A DNA stretch of 64,000 nt from Octopus vulgaris (GCA_951406725.2 OX597827.1:62062001-62126000); one strand, 5' to 3'; shown: positions 1-11,920, counted from the stretch's first letter. A program made the numbers and translations. Notes: a model not told the origin generated them from the letters alone.

Positions 1-150
1 ACATACATAACGTATGTACATCTACCTTCTTAGTTTCCCTTTGTTTTCTTACCTTAGTTCTTCTGACTGTCACTACTACCAAACCAAAACCTGCAACACC
101 AAATAACCGTTACACTCCACTACATTCCAGTGCCACAAACACCAAAAACA

Positions 151-243
151 CCACCGTCGCCACCACCACCACCACCACCACCACCACCACCACCACCACC
201 ACCACCACCACCACCACCACCACCACCACCATCACCACCGCCA
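151..243. repeat. (CCA)n microsatellite
   Basis: Long run of CCA units; source of the poly-Pro ORF 130..342. Confidence 0.95.
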
Positions 244-547
244 GCACGACTATCGCAAGAAGTAGTGCCTGCATCACTACCGCCACCACTCTACTTGCAT
301 CACCACTATATCACCTCTGACCAATGTCGACATTGTCACTGATACCCACACTAGCAACGCCACCTATACTTCTTACCACTGATTTCGTAACCACCATCAT
401 CCCACCCGCCCGTCCGACCAACCAACCAACCAACCAACCAGCCAACCAACGCGTCTATTACGACTATAACCACTACTACGACCATAACCACAACGATGAA
501 ATACTACTACAATCATCATAATTAAGACCATCTAATGTCGAGACTGT

Positions 548-1190
548 AGAGGCGCAATGGCCCAGTGGTTAGGGCAGCGGACTCGCGGTCGGAAGATCGC
601 GGTTTCGATTTCCAGACCGGGCGTTGTGTGTGTTTATTGCGCGAAAACACCTAAAGCTCCACGAGGCTCCGACAGGGGGTGGTGGCGACCCCTTTTGTAC
701 TCTTTCTCTCACTTTTTCTTCCTGTTTCTTGAGTAATGCTGCGATGGAATTGCGTTCCGTCCAGCTGGGAGGGGGGGAACAGATACGCGATAGAAACCGG
801 GAAACCGGGCCCATGAGCCTGGCTAGGCTTTAAAAGGCGCAGTGGAGGCGCAATGGCCCAGTGGTTCCGTCCAGCTGGGAGGGGGGGGGAACAGATACGC
901 GATAGAAACCGGGAAACCGGGCCCATGGGATCGCGGTTTCGATTCCCAGACCGGGCGTTGTGTGTGTTTATTGAGCGAAAGCACCTAAAGCTCCACAAGG
1001 CTCCGGCAGGGGTGGTGGTGGTGGCGATCCCTGTTGTACTCTTTCGCCCCAACTTTCTCTCACTCTTTCTTCCTGTTTCTTGAGTAACGCTGCAATGGAC
1101 TGGCGTCCCGTCCAGCTGGGTCGAACACATACGCAATGGAAACCGGGAAACCGGGTCCATGAACCTGGCTAGGCTTGAAAAGGGCGCACA
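548..1190 (+). mobile_element. tRNA-derived SINE (family S1, octopus OR-like), internally rearranged and duplicated
   Basis: Head GAGGCGCAATGGCCCAGTGGTTAGGGCAGCGGACTCGCGG...GGTTTCGATTCC with pol III A/B boxes. Head and tail segments recur at 845-1190. The same head occurs at 18043 and, inverted, at 26497. Confidence 0.85.
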
Positions 1191-1401
1191 AAAAAATGTC
1201 GAGACTATCGCTAAATATGTTTATTAGCTCCACCAATTCTGCTGTCATTGTCACCATTACCAACACCAGTATTTTATTCTAATTTTTGGCGCAGGGCCAG
1301 CAATTTAGAAGGGAGCGGGGAAGTCCATTATGTCAACCCCAGTGCTCAACTGGTTTTATCATCCTATTACCATCATATAAATTATTATAACTAGTACAGC
1401 G

Positions 1402-1780
1402 AAGGCGGCGAGCTGGCTGAATTGTTAACACGCCGGGCAAAATGCTTCGTGACATTTGGTCTGTCTTTACGTTCTAGGTTCAAAATCCGCCGAGGTCGAC
1501 TTTGCCTTTATTCCTTTCAGACTCGATAAAATAAATACCAGTTTAGTATTGGGATCGATGTGACCATCTTACCCCATCTCCTGAAATTTGAAAAAAAGGT
1601 AGCGAGATGGCAGAATGTGTTCAAATTCCGCTGAGGTCTTTACGTTCTGAGTTCAAATTCCGGCGAGGCACTTCATTCTTTCGAGGTAAATAAAATAAGT
1701 TCCAATGGAGTACTGGGGGACGATATGATCGTCTTACATCCTACCCCTAAATATCTAGTCTTGTGCCAATATTTGAAGCC
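1402..1780 (+). mobile_element. Two degenerate copies of tRNA-derived SINE family S2 (Meta-domain-like core)
   Basis: AAGGCGGCGAGCTGGC head, GTTCAAATTCC B box and GTCGACTTTGCCTTT...TCGATAAA..TACCAG core shared with many copies in the window. Confidence 0.8.
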
Positions 1781-1809
1781 GTAATTACTAGTATGTTTGT
1801 TCCTTCTCG

Positions 1810-2092
1810 AACCATGCCTGGCTCATTAGGGCCGGCTTCCTGGTTTCCTTGGCGTAGAGGTTCCCCACCTGGACGGGACGCCGGTCCGTCGCAGGTGAGC
1901 TGCAAGATGCAGGAGGAAAGAGTGAGAGAAAGTTGTGGCGAAAGAGCAGAAGTTCGCCATTACCTTCTGCCGGAGCAGCGTGGAACTTAGGTGTTTCGCT
2001 CATAAACACACACACATCGCCCGGTCTGAGATTTGAACCCACGATCCTTCGACCGCGAGTCCACTGCTCTAACCACTAGGCCATGTGCCTCC
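1810..2092 (-). mobile_element. SINE family S1, inverted
   Basis: Reverse complement of the S1 head (CTAACCACTAGGCCATGTGCCTCC on +) and of the GGAAACC...GGCCC tail. Confidence 0.8.
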
Positions 2093-2179
2093 TTATTACT
2101 AGTATAGTAACAAAAAATTTAAAACTGCAACTATAAGAAGAACAACAATGATGATAATTCTTTCTACTATAAGCACAAG

Positions 2180-2500
2180 GTGAAGGCGCGTGGTTAAGTG
2201 ATTAGGGAATTCGGCTCACGATCGTCAGGTCGACAGTTCAATTCCCGGCGGCGCGTTGTCTCTTTGAGCAAAACACTATATTTCTCATTGCTCCAGTCCA
2301 CTCAGCTGGCAAAAATGGGTTGTACCCGTATTTCAAAGGGCTAGCCTTGTCACATTCTGTGCTATGCTGAATCTCCCTGACAACTACGTTAAGTGTATAC
2401 GTGTCTGTGGAATACTCAGTCACTTGCACGTTAATTTCAGGAGCAAGCGGTTCCGTTGACCGGATCAATTGGAACACTCGTCGTCGTAACCGACGGAGTA
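2180..2500 (+). mobile_element. S1-related SINE with alternative tail
   Basis: tRNA-like head; tail GCCTTGTCAC...ACTACGTTAAG...CTCGTCGTCGTAACCGACGGAG matches 18260-18420. Confidence 0.75.
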
Positions 2501-2509
2501 CCAGTTTCA

Positions 2510-3037
2510 TCAGAGGCGGCACAAAGCCTGAAACTTTGGAGGAAGAGCTCAGTCGGTTTCCAACCACGGCGACAATTAAACTTAGAATATATTGAGCCAA
2601 AAGAAATGCCGCTAAGCATTTTCTTTGGCTCCGTAACGGCATTTCTTGAACCATTTCTATCGTCAACACCATTATTAATTTTCGTACAAGACCTGCAGCT
2701 TTGAAGGGAAGAGAAGTCGATTACGTCAACCCCAGAGCTCAACTGGTATTTATTCAATAGACTATGTAAGGATGAAAGGCGAATTCAACTTCGGCAATAT
2801 TTGAACTCAGAATGTACAGAGAAGGAAGAAAGGCCACCGAATATTTTGTTTAGCGCCGTAGCGGCATTTCTTTCGGTGTCAATATTTCTTTCTATGTTAT
2901 TTTTTACTATAGGAATAAAGACTGAAATTTTGGGGCGCTTTTCGATTACATCGACACCAGTTCTCAACTGGTGCTTATTTTGTCGATTCGGAGAAAAAGA
3001 TGACAAAGTCAACCTCCGCGAAATTTGAACTCAGAAC
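2510..3037 (-). mobile_element. Degenerate S2 SINE copies, inverted
   Basis: Repeated GGATGAAAGGC...TTTGAACTCAGAA motifs, the reverse complement of the S2 core and B box. Confidence 0.65.
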
Positions 3038-3113
<76 letters not shown>

Positions 3114-3117
<4 letters not shown>

Positions 3118-3503
3118 TGACGTATATCTGCCATTTGAATATGGCTAACCCCTAAGGGTGGATGCTACTGTAGTTTGTAGCCCCAGGAAGACACCTCCTC
3201 CAGCTGGCTATAGACACACTTTCTGTGCCCTATCAGTATCTGTGAAGGGAAGTCATCCTTCCCGTCTTCAACTTATGATACACACGGACTCGAGTTTCAA
3301 GGTATTGACCTATCATCGGCGTGTGACAATCATAGTTGTCGACGAGAAGTCAGTTCCCCTCACAAATACATATACTTTTTCCAGTATCGATTGACACTGA
3401 TATTGAAAAAGTGAAATCAAACAATGATAAATCTCAGAGCGAGTTATAAACAGTAGCGGCAACACATCGTGACGTATATTTGCCATTTGAATATGGCTAA
3501 CCC
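3114..3503 (-). mobile_element. Retrozyme-like element A: 352-nt unit plus 38-nt terminal direct repeat, containing a hammerhead ribozyme
   Basis: ATCGTGACGTATAT(C/T)TGCCATTTGAATATGGCTAACCC at 3114-3151 and 3466-3503 (period 352); flanked by TA; internal HHR and long stems. Confidence 0.8.
3281..3325 (-). ncRNA. Type I hammerhead ribozyme, U4C core variant
   Basis: Minus strand CACACG-CCGAUGA-U-AGGU(CAAU)ACCU-U-GAAAC-UCGA-GUC-CGUGUG: 6-bp helix I, 4-bp helix II, palindromic helix III (ACUCGAGU), GUC site. Confidence 0.85.
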
Positions 3504-3749
3504 TATATGACTGAAGCATATAAAAGAATAAAAAAATACAGTAAAATTGAATAGGAGTAGAGCTAGCTAAGACCAATGCGCCCCCTCCTACATCCTGGAT
3601 TACTCCCATTCCAGTGTTTTTTTTTGTTCAGTTTCTTCATTAAGATTTAAAGTACTCTGTTGGTATTAAGAATGAAAAAGAATTGAAAATATGATTAAGG
3701 CAGAAGAGTTATCATAAAGGAATGTTAAGTGAGGCACGCAAAAAATTGT

Positions 3750-3910
3750 GTATTGTTTACCTTATTTACATTATTTACATTTGACGGATATTTGTCCTCA
3801 TCTTGTTTGTTGTTAACACAATGTTTCGGGTGATATACCCTCCAGCCTTCATCAGGTGTCTTGAGGAAATTTCGAACCTGGGTTGTCATTCCTAAAGTAT
3901 TTTTCGATGT
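3750..3910 (-). mobile_element. Penelope-like terminal repeat fragment with degenerate minimal HHR (3815-3860)
   Basis: Near-identical to 5540-5660; minus strand GACAC-CUGAUGA-A-GGCUG...CACCC-GAAAC-AUU-GUGUU. Confidence 0.75.
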
Positions 3911-4031
<121 letters not shown>

Positions 4032-5519
4032 TCTGTCATTAGATTGCGACCATTCTGGGGCACCGCCTTGAATGATTTTTGATGGACTAAATCGAACCTA
4101 GTACTCATGCATATATTTTTTCAAAGACTGATATTTATTTTACAGGTCACATAATAATTTGCTCACATAAAGACAGAGACAAAATGACGCAGATAGATAC
4201 AGAGAAGATGGAGGGGAGAGAAACGTTAATGGATTGAAATATTAAAACGTTTAATGCCAAATAAGTCAACGTGAAATAAATGACACCAAATAGGCGGAGC
4301 CTCAAATGCTGTGCCGAAACCTCTCATACCGCCATTCGCAACATCTTGCAACGAAGACGAAGTTCAGAGCAAAATGTGTAGACTCATCGATGAGAATAGA
4401 AAGAGGAAGAAGTGGACTTGAGCAAAAGCAAACAGTGTGATGGACACCTTCAATTATTGGTCATACAAAGCAAATACTGGTGAACGTTCAGATAACTATA
4501 TCTGTATTTTAAACAGTGGAATGTGCTGTGCCAAGCATAGAAACAATTATTTGTCAAGTGGTTACTGTGAAAGTGGTTGTGTGATAAAAGAGATTGAGAG
4601 GTCTGCAGATAAGGATTTATTTTCTCCAACCAAGCCATTATCGACTTCTTCAAGTGGTGCTCAAAGAGGAGGGAAAATGGTGGCGGATAACTAAACTGCC
4701 GTTCTTTTATCTTTTGTCATGTTAAAACCATTGCACTGCGGCCATTCTGGAGCACCACCTTTATGGGTTTTAACCGAACAAATCGACAACTAGCTCTTAT
4801 TTGTTTTGTTTTTTTAAAGTCTGATACTTATTCTATTGGGATGTTATTGCCGAACTGCTAAGTTACGTGGACGTAAACAAACCTGTACCGGTTATAGAGC
4901 AGAAGGGGCACAAGTACACATAAATACAAATACACACACATACAAACATATGTATGTGTGCGTGTGTGTACGTGCGTGTGTGTATGTATATGACGGGCTT
5001 CCTCATAGTTTCCGAAACGACGTGGTTGTAAAGCAAGATACTCAACCACATATTATACTTGTGATATTTTATTCTTTTTCTTTCTTTGACTTTCTTTTAC
5101 TAGTCTCAGCTCGAGTGCTACGGCCATGCTGGGGCATGTTTCATTCAAAAGAAAAAGCAACAAAAATATGAAAATAATGAATAAAAAATAAGATAAAAAC
5201 AAAATCAACTATTAAGAACATTTTAAAATCCCTTCTACTTTTAACTGTTGGTGCAAAGCCTGAAATTTGGAGGGAGAGAGGGAGGGCGGGAGGAAAGGAG
5301 CTAGTCATGTACTTTGACCCCAGTGCTCAACTGGTACCTATTTTATCGACCCCGAAAAGATGAAAGGTAAAGTCGACCTCCGTGGAATTTGAACATTCTA
5401 AAATAACCACTTTTAAGAAGGAGGAAAAAACAAACAATTTAAGACCTACATAAATGACTGCGTGCATTGTCATTTTGCAAACAAAATAAAGAAAAAACAA
5501 ACAAATTTATCCTCTTCTA

Positions 5520-6750
5520 TGTTTAAGAGATGAGGAATTATGTACATTATTTACATTATTTACATTTGACGGGTATTTGTCCTCATCTTGTTTGTTGTTA
5601 ACACAACGTTTTGGCTGATATACTCTCCAGCCTTCATCAGGTGTCTTGGAGAAATTTCGAGGATAGTCACATGACTGGTCTTAAAAAATTTTGTAGGTTT
5701 CCGCTATGTCCGTGTGTTAGTATGAAGTGAAAATGTTTAGCGTCGTAATTTAAGGCTGACACGGTTGACTGAAGATGTCTAGTGGTAATACTAAACAATC
5801 AATGCTCTGAATGTTTTCTGCTAAGTGTTTGTAGAGAATGAACACGTGATTAAGTTTAGAACTTTCTATACGCTTCCCGTTACGTACGTGCTTAGTGTCA
5901 CATGGCAGAATATTTTGCCCCTAAAATGATGGCTGACACGGTTGAGTGAACATGTCTAGTTACAATCAAGGCACTTCAAATTTAATCTGTTTGGTGGGAG
6001 AGTTGACAAGAGTCATTTATATGTAGTCCAGTGGTTAAAGTTTAGGTTGTTAGCTGTGTAGGTTCCTCATGTTAAGTGGCAGAATGAGTTTTATGTGTGA
6101 ATAGTTATTTGTGTATGTACTTTGTGAAAGTTTGTTAAGTATTGGTTTGTACTTTTGTATGAAAGTATTCTCTTTGTTTATCCGTGCTACATCTGTGGTT
6201 TTCACTGAACATAGGCAGGGTGGGAAGACCTGGAATTTAGGGGACTTATTTTTTGCACATATGTCTATGTGTCTACTCAGTGCAATCTGTCTAGTACTGG
6301 GGTCTCGTATTTGTTGCCGGTGGATGGCCAGTCTATTTCTTAGAGTAAGATTCGTTTGACCTATTTAATCTTCATGATATCCTTGACATTTGATAGCGTA
6401 AGCAAATTCCTTGAAGAACATGTAAAATGATTTTTAACGGTAAAAATCTGTCCTGAGTTGAATTTGTATGATGTGTCTTCAATAAGATTGACGCAAGTCT
6501 CACAATTGGGGCGGCCACATTTTTTGACTGTTGGTGTAGGAGTTGTGGAAGGTAATTTAGTACTTTTTTTTGAGAAACTTTGATTGTCTTTTGATTTGAT
6601 TGTTTTGTGTATTTCGAATGCTTGTTCCATTCTTGGGTCTTATCTTAGTAGTGGAATGCTCTGGTGGATAATATTGTAAACCACTGTGTTTCTTGGGTTT
6701 CTGTGTTGTAATAAAGGGTAGAGTATTGGATGTACCTGTTCTACCTGTTC
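5520..6750 (-). mobile_element. Penelope-like element 3' fragment: frameshifted GIY-YIG endonuclease, 3' UTR and terminal HHR
   Basis: ORF 6361..6630 has CGRPNCETC...FTVKNHFTCSSRNL. It continues out of frame as GQTNLTLRNRLAIHRQQI...LSRHIDIC...KENTFIQKYKPILN, the CCHH plus GIY-YIG signature of Penelope elements. Confidence 0.9.
5600..5645 (-). ncRNA. Minimal type I hammerhead of the Penelope terminal repeat (G12A decayed)
   Basis: Minus strand GACAC-CUGAUGA-A-GGCUG...CAGCC-AAAAC-GUU-GUGUU; helix II GGCUG/CAGCC; palindromic AACGUU. Confidence 0.75.
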
Positions 6751-6759
6751 AGTCCAATG

Positions 6760-6995
6760 AAAGGAGTCTTTAGAGACAACAATTTGTTAGCACAGATGAA
6801 GTGAAAAAGGTGAAAGAAGTCGGCAACAACAGCCAAAATGCTATCTAAAAGATTGAAAGACTGGAATTGAAATTAGCATTGTCAACAGCAGACAAGTTCC
6901 ATCCTTTATTCTGCAAGAATTCTAAGAAAGATTTGTTGAGATTTGAGGCGACTTGTCTCCAACCTCAAGATTAGTATGCACTAGCGAAAAAAAAT
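6760..6995 (+). mobile_element. Degenerate 3' end of an RLE (R4/Dong-like) non-LTR retrotransposon
   Basis: Translates in part as ILYSARILRK, resembling the LLGTARILRKVL-type C-terminus; short 3' UTR ending in an A-run. Confidence 0.45.
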
Positions 6996-7272
6996 ATTGC
7001 TTTCTAATATAGGCACAAAGCCTGAAATGTTGAGGTAGGAGGCTATAGTCAATTACATCGACCCTAGCGCTTAACTGGCACATAATTTATCAACCTCAAA
7101 AGGGTGAAAGGCAAAGATGACCTCGGTGGAAGACACTTGCCAAAGGTGTCCTGCAGTGGGATTGAATCCTGAACCATGTGGTTGGGAAGCAAGCTTCTTA
7201 CCATAAAGTCTCGTCAGCTCCTGGTCACTTCAGCAATGTAATTACACACGTGCTATTGGGGATTTTTTCTCC

Positions 7273-7305
7273 TTTGCGACGAAGAGCTATGCTCGAAACG
7301 TTAAA
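7273..7305 (+). ncRNA. Diverged minimal HHR (family H2)
   Basis: UUU-GCGACGA-A-GAGC(UAU)GCUC-GAAAC-GUU-AAA; core positions 3-4 mutated. Confidence 0.6.
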
Positions 7306-7575
7306 TACACTTTTTACTGAGCGTCAACTTATACATTCCTTGTGCACGTCCACTTATTATTGTTGATTTTATTGTTCGTTTATTTGATTTGACTACACAC
7401 ACACACACACACACACTTACACACATGCACACACACACACACACATGCACACACATATGTGATGGTGCTTTGATAACCAGCGTTGCTTTTTACAATTATG
7501 TAAATAATAATAATAGTATAATACTAATAATTTATAAGCTTTAAGTTTATAAAATACTATTAATACACACACACA

Positions 7576-7619
<44 letters not shown>

Positions 7620-8299
7620 CATCCATGCGGCTCTATTTCTAGCCTTCACTCTTTCTCCTTCTGTTCTCTCTTTATCCATCTTCTATTTCTAGCCTGTTTC
7701 CTTTCTCCTTTTACCACCTCACCCTTTCCCTTGTTTTCTCTTTATTGCTCTCTCTCTTCCTCTCTCTTGCCTTCTTTCTCCCCTGCCTGCTGCTGACACG
7801 TGACCCATAACCAGCTCTTCTTTCTTTCTCTCCTTTTTTCACACTGGTTGCGTAGTTGACCGGTCCTAAATTCTCTGTTCCATTGTCTTGCTATTTGTTG
7901 TTTTCTAATCGTTTAGGATGCCTTCTAAGTGTTACTCACCTTTCTTGTCTTTTTAGCCATATTTTGCTCGTTTCTTATTTATTTCGTCCTCGTCTAGCGT
8001 CTGAAATTACATTTATTCTCTTTCGTATGTCCACTGTGTATTGTTTCGTTTGCTCTCCGCCCTATATTCTCCGCAATCTTCATGGGCACCGCCAGCATGG
8101 GAAGTTCTCAGTCTTATGACTGAAGGTACGAAACGGAGTAATACTATCTGGTTGATAACTGATGAAGAATTAGGGACCTTCTCTCTGTGTCTCTCGTCCG
8201 GTTGTACACTCAATATACGTTATGTCGTTTGGTTATTTACTATACATTTTTTCATTTATTAAGAAACGGAAAGCAACGCAACCCGGCTTTTATTAGCAG

Positions 8300-8353
<54 letters not shown>

Positions 8354-8419
8354 TGTTGCTGTGTGCGTATGTTATGTTAAAAAGTATATATGAATAGATG
8401 GATTCGCCATGATGGATCG

Positions 8420-8600
8420 CTAACCACTACACATTCTTTATTTTCTCTCCTTGTTTCTTTCCGTGTTCCTTTCTGTGGAAGAGCGTAGGCTCGAAACGTT
8501 AAAGACTTTTTCATTTCCCGAGCGTTATACTAAAACATGTTTGTTGTCTACACCACCTGACTTCGTCATTTTGTTTCTTTTTTTGGTGAATTCTCTCTAT
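8420..8600 (+). mobile_element. ~190-bp repeat family H2 carrying a minimal HHR with A6U (8469-8504)
   Basis: CUUU-CUGUGGA-A-GAGC(GUAG)GCUC-GAAAC-GUU-AAAG; homologous copies at 47975, 59983 and 60162. Confidence 0.8.
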
Positions 8601-8903
8601 ATGAATGGACGGATGGATGGATGGATGGACGACGGTGTGGATGGAGGAAGAGAGAGGGAGGGAGCAAATCACCGGCGAACGGAGGGACTGACGTAAGCAT
8701 ATGTGTATTTACGTACCTAATATATGTATGAATTTATGTAATTAATGTTCGGTGAAGAACGACCTTGTTTCTGGGGCCAGTACGATATGTTGTTGACCTG
8801 TCAACCGGGATGATCATGGATTTCCATTCCATGATCGATGCTGTATCAGCGGTCAGAGGAACTAAATTCTTGTTGACTCAATTTGCTAAGCAGTAAGTAT
8901 CTG

Positions 8904-8940
<37 letters not shown>

Positions 8941-8941
8941 G

Positions 8942-8973
<32 letters not shown>

Positions 8974-8985
8974 GTCATCATCATC

Positions 8986-9035
<50 letters not shown>

Positions 9036-9052
9036 CGTCATCATCATCATCA

Positions 9053-9085
<33 letters not shown>

Positions 9086-9373
9086 TCATCGTCGTCGTCT
9101 TTGTAGTCGTCATCAACATCCACCTCGACGGCGTCGTCTTTTTCTTCTTTTTCATCCTCCTCCCTTGCCTCACCATCCTCATCGTCATCATCATCACTAC
9201 CACCAACACCACAACCACCACCACCACCATCATCATCATCATCTTTCGTCATCAACATCCTCACCATTATCATCCTCCTATTCATCATCACCATCATCAC
9301 TACCATCATCATTATCATCATCATTATCCTTACCGTCACCAACACCACCACCACCACCACCACTACCATAATT

Positions 9374-9404
<31 letters not shown>

Positions 9405-9545
9405 ACACCACAACCATCACCATCAACATCAACACCTTTATCATCATCATCAGCACGATCACCACCACTATCTGCATCATCCTCATCACCGTCACAACCG
9501 CCGCCGCCGCCGCAGCCACCACCTCCACCACTTCATCATTATCAC
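8904..9545. repeat. Compound (CAT)n/(CGT)n/(CAC)n trinucleotide tract
   Basis: Direct inspection; source of the poly-Asp, poly-His and poly-Met ORFs. Confidence 0.95.
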
Positions 9546-10107
9546 AAACCTAGTCACCCTTAGACGAGCAGTAGAAACAGTTGTGATGTTGTGTAATTCG
9601 TCTCCCCATCTTTTAATCTCCCTCCCTCCATCCCCGCGCAGATGCTGAAATGAAATCTTCTCATGAATATATTAACGGACATTTCAAATCAGTCATATTG
9701 CATTTTTTTGTTTGTTTGCTTTCTCTTTTTCTTTTTTTTTTTTGTTTCTAGCTTCTCGAAATTCTTCTCCATCTTTAAAAGGGCGACTCTTATAAACATT
9801 TGATAACGTAACCAAATGTAACGAGGATTAATACATGATGGCTTGAACCTACAATCAGGATTCAAGTGCCAGAGGTCTTGGATCAGTTGACCATGGATTT
9901 TTTTTTTTCCTATTCGCTGACTTTTTAATATGATATTCACATCGACTAGATAATATCACGTACTATTTATTAATGATCTCTAATATCATCGAACAGAGTT
10001 ATCTGATCAATTTAGCTATGATATTGTCGATAGTTTCAACCAGAAAGTTCCATCAATATTACTTCTTAATAAATAGATATACCAGTGTAGTTTTCCAGAG
10101 CTAGGAT

Positions 10108-10317
10108 ACTCTTTACTTGTTCCAGCCATTTGACTGCAGCCATGCTGGAGCACCGCCTTTAGTCGAGCAAATCGACCCCAGGACTTATTCTTTGTAAGCC
10201 TAGTACTTTTTCTATCGGTCTCTTTTGCAGAACCGCTAAGTTACGGGAACGTAAACACACCAGCTTCGGTTGTCAAGCGATGTTGGGAGAACAAACACAG
10301 ACACACAAACTCACACA

Positions 10318-10403
<86 letters not shown>

Positions 10404-10562
10404 CGACGGGCTTCTTTCAGTTTCTGTCTACCAAATCCACTCACAAGGCTTTGGTCGATCCGAGGCTATAGTTGAAGACACTTGCCCAAGGTACCACGTA
10501 GTGGGACTGAACCCGGAACCATGTGGTTGGTAAGCAAGCTATTTACCACACAGCCACTCCTG
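10108..10562 (-). mobile_element. SINE family S3 (tRNA-derived, CORE-like) with internal (TA)n
   Basis: Reverse complement of GGAGTGGCTGTGTGGTAA...GGTTCAGTCCC...CTTGGGCAAGTGTCTT, plus the shared tail TTGACTGCGGCCATGCTGGAGCACCGCC. Confidence 0.85.
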
Positions 10563-11394
10563 CGTCTATTGCGGAAATTTTTCCATCGTTGTTTTTCGTA
10601 TGTTCTCACAATCGTTAGATTTCGTTTACATCTTTGTTTCGTTGCTGATATCATGTACTCTTTTTTCATGGCTAGTATGTGCTTTATCGGTGGAGGCACA
10701 TGGCCTAGTGGTTAGAGCAGTGGACTCGCGGTCCAGGGATCGCGGGTTCAAAATAGCTCAACTGTTCGGCAAAAATAAACCGATAGAATAAGTATCAGGC
10801 TTAGATGTCATGGGGTTGATTCGTTCGACCAAAATCCTCCAAGGCAGTGCTCTAGCATGGCCGCAGTCTAATGACCATAAGAAGTAGAAGATAGACGATA
10901 AAAGATGGTTCCTGTTGTGCTTTGTCTCCCTATTCTAAATTTCCTATTTATGTAATATTTTTCATTACTCACATCTTGTACCTTTCGTGGTTAAAGTACA
11001 TGGGTAAAGTACATTAGCATGTAGTTTATCGTTTGAATTATTTATTTTCCATAGTTAATATGTCGTACTTAACTTTATCGCTATTTTCAAAATTTTTCAT
11101 AACATTTCTTTACATCATTTTTCATTGCTGACGTCTTGAACTTTTTCATGGCTAATTTGTACTTTATCATTTCCATAGCCAGTGTATTGTAATTTTTTAT
11201 CGCCATATGTATAATTTCTCATTACAAGCATGTTGTATTTTCACATTTTCCAATTTTTCTCCTTGTTAACATCTTGCAATGCAACATAACAAGTACCTCG
11301 TTACATATTGATGGTAACGTCTTGTATTTTCACAGAAATCTGCAATTTGCACAATGAGGTTTCATCGATTTGTTGAAACCAAATAATAAAATGA

Positions 11395-11457
<63 letters not shown>

Positions 11458-11549
11458 TATGTGCTCATTATCTACAGTGCTCAGGTGCACCAAAAGCTCA
11501 TTGAGACAAAAACACTGGCAAAAACACAAGCGGGATGCTACCACAATGA

Positions 11550-11752
11550 GATAAACATGTGAGCTGAGTGAGCGGAGGCTGCGCTTGTTTGGAGAGCGTG
11601 TGCGAAGTAAGTGCTAACTAGCGGTCGCTTGTATGAAACTCGCTCCCACTGTGGATTTTCGCTCGTACTTCAAGACGAAAATTCGCAACGAGCTTCGGCT
11701 CGTACAGCAATTTACTCGTACAAAGGTGCACTCGTAGAGCGAGGTTCTGCTG
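11550..11752. mobile_element. Tigger/pogo-like DNA transposon right end
   Basis: Ends CGAGGTTCTGCTG|TA with subterminal CTCGTA repeats; left end not found. Confidence 0.55.
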
Positions 11753-11783
<31 letters not shown>

Positions 11784-11920
11784 TTGTATGTATGTATGTA
11801 TGTATGTATGTATGTATGTATGTATGTATGTATGTATGTATGTATGTATGTATGTATGTATGTATGCATGTATGTATGTTTTATGTATGTATGTATGTAT
11901 GTGTGTATGTATGTAATATA

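Noticed and set aside
548-625. tRNA genes at SINE heads (also 18043, 50427)
   Set aside because: No complete cloverleaf; each continues into SINE body sequence and is multi-copy.
4437-4694. 85-aa Cys-containing ORF
   Set aside because: No recognisable motif or splice context; probably decayed repeat sequence.
8878-9531. Long poly-Asp, poly-His and poly-Met ORFs (also 30059-31043, 44534-45405, 56382-57269, 60910-61701)
   Set aside because: Open in several frames and on both strands only because simple repeats lack stop codons; no domain content.
10575-11345. Degenerate TTTTTCAT-rich periodic sequence split by SINE fragments
   Set aside because: Too decayed to define a unit by eye; most likely an old satellite.
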